Below, in pieces: positions 39,624-48,686 of a stretch of 64,000 bases of DNA. Both the position numbers and the translations under genes were made by a program. Origin of the DNA: an uncultured Gemmatimonadales bacterium (GTDB taxonomy: Bacteria > Gemmatimonadota > Gemmatimonadetes > Longimicrobiales > RSA9); contig CAWFKH010000003.1 in the NCBI GenBank assembly GCA_963816355.1, positions 736,001-800,000 on the forward strand. Reading direction: 5' to 3'. The notes under the pieces were generated by a model that was not told the DNA's origin, made no database searches, and saw only the letters and a list, made by a program, of their open reading frames with translations. Position 1 is the first letter of the stretch; each line of letters opens with the position of its first letter.

Positions 39624-40606
39624 GCTTCGGCTTCGAGCACGTGTGGGCGCTGCCGCTCCTGCTGCTCGTCCCCCTCTACGCGTGGTGGAACGGCCGCGGC
39701 CGCCGCCGCGCCGTCGCGTTCTCGCGCGCCGGCCATCTCGAGGGGCTGGCCGGGAAGGGCACCGCGGCGCTCTCGCGCCTTCCCGGCGTGCTGCGTGCGG
39801 TCGGCGTGGCGGCGCTCGTGGTCGCGCTCGCCGGGCCGCGGACCGGCGTCTCCTCCGTCAACATCGACGCGCAGGGGATCGCGATCGTGCTCGCGGTCGA
39901 CATCTCCAGCTCGATGCTCGCAGAGGACTTCGCGCCACAGAATCGGCTGCAGGTCGCCAAACGCACCACAGCGGACTTCATCCGCGGGCGCGAGACGGAC
40001 CGGATCGGCCTCGTCGCCTTCAGCGGTCAGGCGCTCACCCAGGTCCCGCTCACCGTCGACTACGGCATCCTCTATCAAGCGCTGCAGCGGCTGCAACCGG
40101 GGATGCTGGAGGACGGCACCGCGATCGGCACCGCGATCGCCACGGCGGCCAACCGGCTGCGACGCGTGCCCGGCAAGTCGCGCGTGCTGATCCTGCTCAC
40201 CGACGGCGAGAACAACCGCGGCGAGATCGATCCGATGACCGCGGCGCGCGCGGCGCAGGCGTTCGGCATCCGCATCTACACGATCGGCGTCGGCACCGAA
40301 GGGATCGCGCGCATGCCGATCGCGCGCGGTCCGTTCGGCTACCAGTACGCGAACGTCCCGGTCCACATCGACGAGAAGCTGTTGGGTGACATTGCCACGC
40401 TCACCGGCGGCCAGTACTTCCGCGCCACGAACGGCCGCGCCCTCGAGGACATCTACCGCCGCATCGATCAGCTCGAGCGCGAGCCCTTCGAGGTGCGCCG
40501 CTTCGTCGACTACACGCCGCACGGGCTCCCCTTCATCCTCTTCGCCGCCCTGCTCCTCGCCGGCGAGTGGGCACTGCGAGCCAGCCGCTGGGGCAGCCTG
40601 CCGTGA
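39620..40606 (+). CDS. batA: VWA domain protein BatA
   Basis: DISSSM MIDAS, GTAIG, LLTDGENN. Confidence 0.9.
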   Translation: MSFGFEHVWALPLLLLVPLYAWWNGRGRRRAVAFSRAGHLEGLAGKGTAALSRLPGVLRAVGVAALVVALAGPRTGVSSVNIDAQGIAIVLAVDISSSMLAEDFAPQNRLQVAKRTTADFIRGRETDRIGLVAFSGQALTQVPLTVDYGILYQALQRLQPGMLEDGTAIGTAIATAANRLRRVPGKSRVLILLTDGENNRGEIDPMTAARAAQAFGIRIYTIGVGTEGIARMPIARGPFGYQYANVPVHIDEKLLGDIATLTGGQYFRATNGRALEDIYRRIDQLEREPFEVRRFVDYTPHGLPFILFAALLLAGEWALRASRWGSLP

Positions 40607-41664
40607 GCTTCGCACGCCCCGACCTGCTCTGGCTCGCGGCCGCGCTCCCGCTCGTCGTCGCGGTCGCCGTCGTCTTCTACGCCCGCCGCCGCCGCCGCGT
40701 CGCCCGCGCCCTCGGCGGCAGCGCCATGGCGCTCCGCCTCGGCGCCGGCGACCTCGACCGCTTCCCGGCCGGCCGCCTCGCGCTCCTCGCCCTCGCCGCC
40801 ACCGCCGTCGGGCTCGCCGCTGCGCGGCCCCAGTGGGGCTACGCCGCCGCCACCGGCCACGTGCGCGCCTTGAGCCTCGTGCTCACGCTCGATGCCTCCA
40901 ACTCGATGCGCGTCGGCGACGTCGCGCCCGACCGGCTCGAGCGCGAACGGCTCCTCGCCGAGCGCGTCCTGCGCGAGCTCGGCGGCGACCGCATCGGCCT
41001 CATCGGCTTCGCCGGCCAGGCCTACGTTCTCTCACCCCTCACCGTGGACCACAGCGCGCTCCAGCTCTACGTCGACGCGCTCGACCCGGACATCCTCTCC
41101 GCCGGCGGCACGGCGCTCTCCTCCGCGCTGCGCCAGGCGACCGACCTGATCGCGACCGATCAGGCCGCCGGCGACCAGGCGGTCGTGCTCGTCTCCGACG
41201 GCGAGGCGCTGGAGGACGAGGATGCCGTGATCCAGGCCGCGGAACGCGCGAAGGCGGCGGGCGTAATCGTACACACGGTCGGCGTCGGCACCCCCGCCGG
41301 CGGCCGCGTGCCGGAGATCGACCCCGGAACGGGCCGCGTCGCGGGCTGGGCGCACGACGTGGATGGCAGCGTCGTCGTGTCGAAGCTGAACGAGCCGCTG
41401 CTGCGCCGCATCGCCCGCATCACGGGAGGCACCTACATCCACCTCGGAGAGGCGGGCGCCACGGAGCGGCTGCTCTCCGTCCTGCGCTCGATGCGGCGCG
41501 GCGTGACGGACGCCGCGGGCAATCGCATCGAGCTGCAGGATCGCAGCGCGTGGTTCGTGGGTGTCGCGCTGCTGCTGCTCGCGCTCGACGCGCTCGCGGA
41601 CCGGCGAGCCAGACGCGCTCGCGCAAGCGCCCCGCCAGCCGCGGCACGCGCGGCGGAGGCATAG
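40603..41664 (+). CDS. batB: VWA domain protein BatB
   Basis: ARPQWG, DASNSM, VSDGE, VGVGTPAG. Confidence 0.88.
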   Translation: MSFARPDLLWLAAALPLVVAVAVVFYARRRRRVARALGGSAMALRLGAGDLDRFPAGRLALLALAATAVGLAAARPQWGYAAATGHVRALSLVLTLDASNSMRVGDVAPDRLERERLLAERVLRELGGDRIGLIGFAGQAYVLSPLTVDHSALQLYVDALDPDILSAGGTALSSALRQATDLIATDQAAGDQAVVLVSDGEALEDEDAVIQAAERAKAAGVIVHTVGVGTPAGGRVPEIDPGTGRVAGWAHDVDGSVVVSKLNEPLLRRIARITGGTYIHLGEAGATERLLSVLRSMRRGVTDAAGNRIELQDRSAWFVGVALLLLALDALADRRARRARASAPPAAARAAEA

Positions 41665-41672
41665 GAGGAGGC

Positions 41673-42386
41673 ATGCGCAGGATGATCGGAGTGATCGCGG
41701 TGCTGTTCGTCTCGCTCGCCGCGGGTTACGGCGGCGTCGAGAAGGGCAACCGGCTCTATCGCGACGGCAGATACGCGGAAGCGGTGCAGGCATATCGTCA
41801 GGCGGTCGCGGACGGCGACGCGTCGCCCGCCCTCTACTACAACATGGGCACCGCTCTGCTGCAGCTCGGCCGCTACGACGACGCCGGCCGCGCCTTCCAG
41901 GACGCCCTCACCGCCGTCGACCCCTCCCTGCGCCAGCGCACCTTCTACAACATGGGCAACCGCTTCCTGCAGGACGCGCGCGCCTCCCGGAACCCGCAGG
42001 CGAGCGGCAAGCTCTACGACGCCGCCGTCGACGCGTACAAGCAGTCGCTCCGCCTCGAGGCGGCCGACGGCTCGGCGAAATGGAACCTGGAGCTGGCGCT
42101 GCGCGAGCGCGACGAACAGAAGCGGCAGAATCCGCAGTCGTCCGGCAACCAGCAGCAGCAACAGCAGCAGCAGCCCCAGGGCGGCGGCGGCGGCGGTGGT
42201 GGCGGAGCCGCACCCGCCAATCCGGATCAGGGCGGTGCCCAGGGGCCCAGCGGCGGCGGCGGTGGCTCGATGACGCAGGAGGAGGCGGCGCGACTGCTCA
42301 ATGCGATCGAACAGAACGAGCGCGAGCTCTACAAGGACGCGCTGAAGAAGGGGCGGCAGGAACGGAGCACGCTGCGGAACTGGTGA
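41673..42386 (+). CDS. batC: TPR protein BatC
   Basis: YNMG TPR units, AKWNLELA, Gln/Gly tract, C-terminal W. Confidence 0.85.
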   Translation: MRRMIGVIAVLFVSLAAGYGGVEKGNRLYRDGRYAEAVQAYRQAVADGDASPALYYNMGTALLQLGRYDDAGRAFQDALTAVDPSLRQRTFYNMGNRFLQDARASRNPQASGKLYDAAVDAYKQSLRLEAADGSAKWNLELALRERDEQKRQNPQSSGNQQQQQQQQPQGGGGGGGGGAAPANPDQGGAQGPSGGGGGSMTQEEAARLLNAIEQNERELYKDALKKGRQERSTLRNW

Positions 42387-44821
42387 TGCGCGCTTCGCTC
42401 GTCCCCCTGCTCGCGCTCGCGCTCGCGGCGCCGGCGTCCGCGCAGGACCGCGTCCGCGTCTCGGCGCAGCTCTCCGACGCGCAGATCCGCACGGGCGAGA
42501 CGACGCAGCTCGAGGTGTCGATCCTGTCGGGCGGCGCGGACATCGATCGCTGGAGTGTGCCGCCGCTGCCCACCGGGCTGTCGGTCGTCGGCTCGAGCGA
42601 CCAGACCCAGATCGAGTTCAGCGTTCCCGGCGGCCGCTCCGTCACCCTCACGCGCAGCTACATCCTCGCCCCCACGCGTCCGGGCGTGTACCGCATTCCG
42701 CCGATCTCCGTCCAGGTCGGCGGCCGTGAATACCGCACCGCCTCGCTCACCCTGTCGGTCGTCGGCGCGCCGGCGTCGGACGACGCGGGCGCCGGCGGAA
42801 ACGCGGACGTGACCTTCCACGCCCGCATGGAGCCGGACACCGTCTACGTGGGGGAGCAGGCGACGCTGCGCGCCGAGGCGAGCTTCGCCGGCGACCTGCG
42901 CATGCGCATGAGCTGGGCGCCGGAGTACGTGCCGCCGAACCCGTCCGGCTTCTGGATCCAGGACCTGGGAGGGGGCACGTCGGTCAGCACACGGGTGCGG
43001 GGGCGGCGCGTCACGTCCGAGGTCCACCGCTACGCGCGTGCCTACTTCCCGCTCTCGCCGGGGCGCTACCTGCTGCCGCCCGCGCAGCTCTCCTACGACC
43101 TGCGCTCCGGTCTCTTCGGCCAGAGCGTGCCCCGGCAGATCGACTCCGACTCGATCCCCCTCGTCGTGCTGCCGCTGCCCGACGCCGGCCGTCCTCGCTC
43201 GTTCACCGGCGCTGTCGGCGACTACGCCCTCGACGCCAGCCTCGAGCCGGATTCCGTCCCCGCCGGTGAGAGCGCCGTGCTGCGCGTCCACGTGACGGGG
43301 AAGGGCAACATCCGTGCGCTCCCGCCCCCGCGCCTGAGCGGCGTCGACGGCGTCCAGTTCTATCCGCCCTCGGAGGAAGCGCGCGTCGACGACTCGGGGG
43401 GCGTCGTAGCTGGAACGAAGACGTTCAAGTGGATGGTCGTGCCGGAGAAGCCGGGCGCCATCGAGCTGGGCAGCGTCCTCTACGGTTACTTCGATCCGGA
43501 CGCCCGGCGTTATCGCGTGCTGCGCTCGGCTCCCCTCGTGCTGCGTTCCACGCGAGGAGCCGCGACGGCCGTCGCTGCGACGGACGCGGACGCGGCCCTC
43601 GCCCCGCTCCACGATGCCCCGCAGCCCGATCCTCCGCTCGCATGGACGCTCGCCCCCTGGTTCGCCGCCCTGCAGCTCCTTCCGCTGCTCGCCGGCCTCG
43701 GGCTCCTCGTCCGCACGCGCCGCCGGCGAAGGGAGCGGCGGGCGCCGTCGCGCCGCGCGTTGCGACGTCGCCTCGACGCGACGCTCGCCGCGCTCGAGTC
43801 CCGGGCCGCCAGCGACGATCCAGCCTTCCTCGCCGCGCTCGAGCGGGAGGTCCGGGGCTGGCTGGCGCGGCGCCTCGCCGATCCGGTTTTCCGTACGGCC
43901 GCCGCGGCGCCCCTCGAAGACGCGCTGCTGCGCGCGGGCATCGGCCCCGAAGTCGCTCGGCCGCTGCAGCGGCTCCTCCAGCGCATCGAACAGGCCCGCT
44001 TCGCGCCCGCTCCCGCTTCGGCCGAGGAGCGGCGGCGCCTCGTGGATGGGGCGCGTGAAGCGCTGCGCGCGCTCGACCGCGCTGCGCCCGGGTCGGCCGC
44101 GTCCCGCGCCGCGGCGGCCGGTGCCCTGGTCCTGCTGCTCCTCGCTCCGGCCGGTGGGCGGGCGCTCCAGGCGAGCGCTCCCGCCCTTCCCGATTTCGGC
44201 GGTGCCGTCGCCGCCTATCGCGCAGGTCGCTTCGAATCCGCGCGCGCCGACTTCGCGGCGTATCTGCGGGCGCACCCGGACGACGCGGAGGCGTGGTACG
44301 ACTACGGCTTGGCCGCGATGCGGACGGGGCGCCGCGGCGAAGCCGTGCGCGCGTGGCTCCGGTCGCTGCGGCTCGCGCCGCGCGATGCCGACGCGCGCGC
44401 GAACCTCGCGGCCGCGGACGTCGCGCCGGCGCTCGTGCGCCGCGTCGTTCCGGCGCTCCCGCTCAGCCGCCAGGAAGCGCTCCTCGTCGCGTCGCTGCTC
44501 TGGCTTCTGGGCGGCGGCCTCCTCGTGCTCCGTATCGCGCGACGGCGCGGCACGGCGGGCTGGGCGGTGCTCGTCACGGTGGGCCTCGCGCTCGTGGTGC
44601 TCGCCGCCGTCTTCCTCCCCGGCCGCCTCGCGCCGACCGCCGTCGTGCTGACGCCGCAGGCACCGCTGCGGCCGGACCCGGACTTCCACAGCGATCCGCT
44701 CGACCGGTTGAGAGACGGGACCGTGCTCGCCGTCGAGGACCGCCGGCGTGGCTGGATCCGCGTCCGCACCCCCGAGGGCCGTGAAGGCTGGGTCGAGGCC
44801 GCGCAGGCCGGCTCGCCCTAG
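42386..44821 (+). CDS. batD: BatD-BatE fusion (Ig-like domains + TPR + SH3)
   Basis: FTGAVG and GKGNI BatD motifs, then a TPR (AWYDYG, ARANL) and an SH3 end (WIRVRTPEGREGWV). Confidence 0.82.
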   Translation: MRASLVPLLALALAAPASAQDRVRVSAQLSDAQIRTGETTQLEVSILSGGADIDRWSVPPLPTGLSVVGSSDQTQIEFSVPGGRSVTLTRSYILAPTRPGVYRIPPISVQVGGREYRTASLTLSVVGAPASDDAGAGGNADVTFHARMEPDTVYVGEQATLRAEASFAGDLRMRMSWAPEYVPPNPSGFWIQDLGGGTSVSTRVRGRRVTSEVHRYARAYFPLSPGRYLLPPAQLSYDLRSGLFGQSVPRQIDSDSIPLVVLPLPDAGRPRSFTGAVGDYALDASLEPDSVPAGESAVLRVHVTGKGNIRALPPPRLSGVDGVQFYPPSEEARVDDSGGVVAGTKTFKWMVVPEKPGAIELGSVLYGYFDPDARRYRVLRSAPLVLRSTRGAATAVAATDADAALAPLHDAPQPDPPLAWTLAPWFAALQLLPLLAGLGLLVRTRRRRRERRAPSRRALRRRLDATLAALESRAASDDPAFLAALEREVRGWLARRLADPVFRTAAAAPLEDALLRAGIGPEVARPLQRLLQRIEQARFAPAPASAEERRRLVDGAREALRALDRAAPGSAASRAAAAGALVLLLLAPAGGRALQASAPALPDFGGAVAAYRAGRFESARADFAAYLRAHPDDAEAWYDYGLAAMRTGRRGEAVRAWLRSLRLAPRDADARANLAAADVAPALVRRVVPALPLSRQEALLVASLLWLLGGGLLVLRIARRRGTAGWAVLVTVGLALVVLAAVFLPGRLAPTAVVLTPQAPLRPDPDFHSDPLDRLRDGTVLAVEDRRRGWIRVRTPEGREGWVEAAQAGSP

Positions 44822-45009
44822 GCCCGGCCGCTTCAGCCGGTCCCTGCGTGGGCTTTTCCCCACGCCTCCGCAGGGAAATCCCCTCTGGTTTGGCCGCTAC
44901 GCCGGCCATTTCTTCGCTTCGGGGCCCATCCGAACGCGGCCCACGGGGGAGGGACGGCGCGCTGCGACCGGGTCCCCTGCGTGATGATCCCGGAACAGGA
45001 GACACCCAG

Positions 45010-45672
45010 ATGCGCATCGCAAAGATCTCCGCCGCGTTGCTGGCCTGCGGCTTCGCGCTCACCGCGCCGGCGGCCGCTCAAACCGCGTCGATCGGCGTCA
45101 AGGGCGGCGTGAGCATCTCCACGCTCGCGGGATCCGACATCGTAAACGCCGACTACCACACCGCCATCGCCGGCGGCGCCTTCGCGCACGTCGGTCTCGG
45201 ACGGTACCTGGGGCTGCAACCGGAGGTGCTGTACGTGCGCAAGGGCGCGCAGTCGACCCAGGGCAGCGCGACGGGGAAGCTCCTCGTCGACTACGTGGAG
45301 GTCCCGCTCCTCCTCACGTTCGACATCCCCGCCAGCGCCGACGGCGCCTTCACCCCCTACCTGATGGCCGGCCCGGCGATCGCGTTCCAGACGCGCTGCG
45401 AGATCTCGCTCGAGCAACAGGGCTCCACGACCAGCGCGTTCGCCTGCGACGACCCGTTCTTCGAGGGCGGCCTCGGCGTCAAGTCCGTCGACTACAGCCT
45501 CGCCTTCGGCGCCGGCGCCCGCATCCGGCTCGGCACCACGAGCAGCTTCGTGCTCGACGGCCGCTACGATCTCGGGCTCGGCACCATCGACGACACCTCC
45601 AATCCCGGCGACATTAAGAACCGGGCGTTCCTGATCCTCGCCGGCTTCGCCTTCCAGATCGGCGGCCGCTGA
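45010..45672 (+). CDS. Outer-membrane beta-barrel (porin/PorT-like), copy 1
   Basis: Signal peptide, [38 protein letters not shown]. Confidence 0.85.
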   Translation: MRIAKISAALLACGFALTAPAAAQTASIGVKGGVSISTLAGSDIVNADYHTAIAGGAFAHVGLGRYLGLQPEVLYVRKGAQSTQGSATGKLLVDYVEVPLLLTFDIPASADGAFTPYLMAGPAIAFQTRCEISLEQQGSTTSAFACDDPFFEGGLGVKSVDYSLAFGAGARIRLGTTSSFVLDGRYDLGLGTIDDTSNPGDIKNRAFLILAGFAFQIGGR

Positions 45673-45725
45673 TCGTCGGGCCGCGCACCGGAGACCTGCG
45701 GCGCGGGCGCGCCGACGCACCGCCG

Positions 45726-45794
45726 TCCGGCGCGCGGCGCCTCGCCCGATCCGGCGCGCGGTGCCTCCCCGATCCGGCGCGCGGCGCCTCGCCC
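45726..45794 (+). repeat. ~24-bp GC-rich tandem repeat x3 (TCCGGCGCGCGGCGCCTCGCCCGA)
   Basis: Three units between the duplicated genes. Confidence 0.75.
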
Positions 45795-45931
45795 TACACG
45801 CCTCACGCTCGCTCGCGACTCGGCTCGTTGCTCGACCCGCTTGCCCCCTGATATCATGGTCCGGACCGCGCCCCATGTATCCTCAGGGATATCCCTCTGG
45901 TTCGACCGCTCCGCCGGCAGGAGACGCCCAC

Positions 45932-46582
45932 ATGCGCTTCGCCAGGATCTCCGCCGCGCTGCTGACCTGCGGCTTCACGCTCGCCGCCCCGGCGGCCGCT
46001 CAAAGCGCGTCGATCGGCGTCAAGGGCGGCGTGAGCATCTCCACGCTCGCGGGCCCGGACCTCATCAGCACCGATTACCACACCGGCGTCACCGGCGGCG
46101 CCTTCGCGCACGTCGGTCTCGGACGGTATCTGGGGCTGCAGCCGGAGGTGCTGTACGTGCGCAAGGGCGCGCAGGCGACGGTGGGCAGCGCGACGGCGAA
46201 GTCCCTCATCGACTACGTGGAGGTCCCGCTCCTCCTCACGTTCGACATCCCCGCCAGCGCCGACGGCGCCTTCACCCCCTACCTGATGGCCGGCCCGGCG
46301 ATCGCGCTCCGGACGCGCTGCGAGTTCTCGCTCGAGCAACAGGGCTCCACGACCAGCGCCTCCGGCTGCGACGAGGGCGGCGCCGGCGTCAAGTCGGTCG
46401 ACTACAGCCTCGCCTTCGGCGCCGGCGCCCGCATCCGGCTCGGCACCACCAGCAGCTTCGTGCTCGACGGCCGCTACGATCTCGGGCTCGGCACCATCGA
46501 CGACACCTCCAATCCCGGCGACATTAAGAACCGGGCGTTCCTGATCCTCGCCGGCTTCGCCTTCCAGATCGGCGGCCGCTGA
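45932..46582 (+). CDS. Outer-membrane beta-barrel (porin/PorT-like), copy 2
   Basis: Close paralog of 45010-45672 with an identical C-terminus. Confidence 0.85.
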   Translation: MRFARISAALLTCGFTLAAPAAAQSASIGVKGGVSISTLAGPDLISTDYHTGVTGGAFAHVGLGRYLGLQPEVLYVRKGAQATVGSATAKSLIDYVEVPLLLTFDIPASADGAFTPYLMAGPAIALRTRCEFSLEQQGSTTSASGCDEGGAGVKSVDYSLAFGAGARIRLGTTSSFVLDGRYDLGLGTIDDTSNPGDIKNRAFLILAGFAFQIGGR

Positions 46583-46629
46583 TCGCTCGCCGCTCGGCGG
46601 CCACTGACACGGAACCTGCGGAGGCGCTC

Positions 46630-47268
46630 GTGCCCGAACTCTCGAACCTCACCGTCATCGAGCACCCGCTCGTCCAGCACAAGCTCGGGCTGCTGCGCGA
46701 CGCGACGACCTCGAAGAAGGCGTTCCGGGAGCTGGTCGACGAGATCGCCATGCTGATGGCGTACGAGGTGACGAAGGACCTCCCCCTCGAGTGGGTCGAC
46801 ATCGAGACGCCGCTCGAGCGCGCGCGCGTCCCGCGCGTCAGGGGCAAGAAGCTCACCCTCGTGCCGATCCTGCGGGCGGGGCTCGGCATGGTCGAGGGCG
46901 TGCTTCGGCTCGTGCCCTCCGCGCGCGTCGGGCACATCGGACTCTATCGCGACCACGAGACCCTGCAGCCGATCGCGTACTACTTCAAGATCCCGCCCGA
47001 GCCGGAGTCCCGCCACTTCATCGTGCTGGATCCGATGCTCGCCACCGGTGGTTCGGCGGCGGCCGCGGTCTCGCGCCTGAAGGAAGGGGGCGTGGCGCAG
47101 ATCCGCTTCATGTGCCTGGTCGCTGCGCCCGAGGGCGTGGCACGCCTGCAGGAGGCGCATCCCGACGTCCCCATCTACGCCGCATCGCTCGACCGCCAGC
47201 TCGACGAGCACGGCTACATCCTGCCCGGCCTCGGCGACGCGGGCGACCGCCTCTTCGGCACGCGGTAG
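46630..47268 (+). CDS. upp: Uracil phosphoribosyltransferase
   Basis: [34 protein letters not shown]. Confidence 0.97.
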   Translation: MPELSNLTVIEHPLVQHKLGLLRDATTSKKAFRELVDEIAMLMAYEVTKDLPLEWVDIETPLERARVPRVRGKKLTLVPILRAGLGMVEGVLRLVPSARVGHIGLYRDHETLQPIAYYFKIPPEPESRHFIVLDPMLATGGSAAAAVSRLKEGGVAQIRFMCLVAAPEGVARLQEAHPDVPIYAASLDRQLDEHGYILPGLGDAGDRLFGTR

Positions 47269-47316
47269 CGCGTCGCGGAGGAGCCGCGCGCCGTTTCTCG
47301 CGCGCGTAGGCCGCCG

Positions 47317-47345
47317 TTGTCGCCGTCGGCGGCGGTGCTTACGTT
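47317..47345 (+). promoter_or_regulatory. Sigma-70 promoter of the tRNA (TTGTCG-N17-TACGTT)
   Basis: Spacing and position about 30 bp before the tRNA. Confidence 0.5.
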
Positions 47346-47376
47346 CCACCCGCGGCCGCCGATCGAGCGTGACCGC

Positions 47377-47450
47377 GGGCCCGTAGCTCAGTCGGTCAGA
47401 GCGAGCGACTCATAATCGCGAGGTCCTGGGTTCGAGTCCCAGCGGGCCCA
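47377..47450 (+). tRNA. tRNA with CAT anticodon, most likely tRNA-Ile2 (lysidine)
   Basis: GGGCCCG/CGGGCCC acceptor with C4-G69 and C5-G68 (TilS determinants); paired 1:72 and no GGG/CCC anticodon stem, so not initiator; CTCATAA loop. Confidence 0.9.
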
Positions 47451-47531
47451 CTCGAAGGGCGGGCCGCCGCCGCCCGGCGCTCCCGCCAAGACGATCGCAG
47501 CACGCCCTCCAGACGGAGTCGTCGCAGCGGA

Positions 47532-48110
47532 ATGAGCGATCTGCGCCGAGGCCGCCGCCTCGAGTACTTCACCATCGGCTGGAACGCGATCGAGGCCGTC
47601 GTCGCCATTGTCGCCGGGTCCCTCGCCGGCAGCACGGCGCTGCTCGGCTTCGGTGTCGATTCCGCCATCGAGAGCACGTCCGGCGGGGCGCTGCTGTGGC
47701 GGCTCCAGGAGGGCGACGACCACGAACGCCGCGAGGCCGCCGCGCTGCGCCTCGTGGGCGGCTCGTTCCTGCTCCTCGCAGCGTGGATCGCCTACGAGGC
47801 CGTGCGCGCGCTCGTGGTTCACGAGGCGCCGCGACCCAGCCTGCCGGGCATCGCGATCGCCGCCGCTTCGGTCGTCGCGATGCCGCTCCTCGCCCGCGCG
47901 AAACGGCGCCTCGCGGCGTCGCTCGGAAGCGCATCGCTGCGCGCCGACGCCCGGCAATCCTCGCTGTGCGGCTACCTCTCGGCGATCCTCCTCGGCGGGC
48001 TCGCGCTGAACGCGCTCTTCGGCTGGTGGTGGGCCGATCCCGCCGCCGCGCTGGTGATGGTGCCGATCATCGCGCACGAGGGGGTGGAAGCGCTGCGCGG
48101 AGAGGATTGA
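47532..48110 (+). CDS. Cation efflux (CDF-like) membrane protein lacking the C-terminal domain
   Basis: WNAIEAVV, STALLGFGVDSAIE, LRADA, WWWADPAAAL. Confidence 0.8.
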   Translation: MSDLRRGRRLEYFTIGWNAIEAVVAIVAGSLAGSTALLGFGVDSAIESTSGGALLWRLQEGDDHERREAAALRLVGGSFLLLAAWIAYEAVRALVVHEAPRPSLPGIAIAAASVVAMPLLARAKRRLAASLGSASLRADARQSSLCGYLSAILLGGLALNALFGWWWADPAAALVMVPIIAHEGVEALRGED

Positions 48111-48149
48111 AGCGCGAGCGCGACGGAGCGCGACAGCCTCGCCACGCCC

Positions 48150-48518
48150 CTACGCGGGACCTTTCGGCGGCGCCTCCTCGTTCCTGCGCGTCAGGCGATC
48201 CTCCAGCTCGATCTGGTAGCGCAGCGAAGCGACGCCCTCGCGGAGGATGCGCGTCTTCGTCGTGATGGACCCGCCCCGCCCGGAGGCGATCTCCATGCCG
48301 GCGGCGAGCTGCGCCATCGAGTCGAAGCCGTCGGCGCTCAGCTGCAGCTTGAGCCGGCCGTAAGTGCGCTTCAGCGCCTGCGCGAGCTGGGTCTGCCCCG
48401 TGTGCGCGGTGGCCAGCCGCTCCGTCATCGCGTGGATCGTCTGCACCCGCTTCTGCAGGTCCGCCAGCTTCGTCACCTTCGCCTGACCCCGCGGCGTCAG
48501 TCGACCCGTCACGTCCAC
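48150..48518 (-). CDS. Hypothetical helical-bundle protein
   Basis: Host-like codon usage; GGAGG SD before GTG (48518 or 48512). Confidence 0.75.
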   Translation of the reverse strand: MDVTGRLTPRGQAKVTKLADLQKRVQTIHAMTERLATAHTGQTQLAQALKRTYGRLKLQLSADGFDSMAQLAAGMEIASGRGGSITTKTRILREGVASLRYQIELEDRLTRRNEEAPPKGPA

Positions 48519-48610
48519 CCTCCGAACATGCTCGCTCCTCCGTTTGCGGCCCGTGCTCCAGCGCCGATTCTCCGCGCCCGCCGGCGCGTTTCCACGCGGC
48601 TCGCACCCGT

Positions 48611-48639
48611 TTGACGGCGACGCCGGCCGCCGTCAGATT
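48611..48639 (+). promoter_or_regulatory. Sigma-70 promoter (TTGACG-N17-CAGATT) overlapped by an 8-bp inverted repeat
   Basis: TGACGGCG-N8-CGCCGTCA spans -35 to -10. Confidence 0.5.
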
Positions 48640-48686
48640 GGCAGCCGAGATCCCGGTCGACAACCGCCGCCCTTCGAGGAGGACCC

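Noticed and set aside
45010..46582. DGR template/variable pair from the two barrel genes
   Set aside because: Both are full genes; differences include indels and are not adenine-restricted
47377..47450. tRNA-Met or tRNA-fMet
   Set aside because: The acceptor stem fits Ile2; initiator hallmarks are absent
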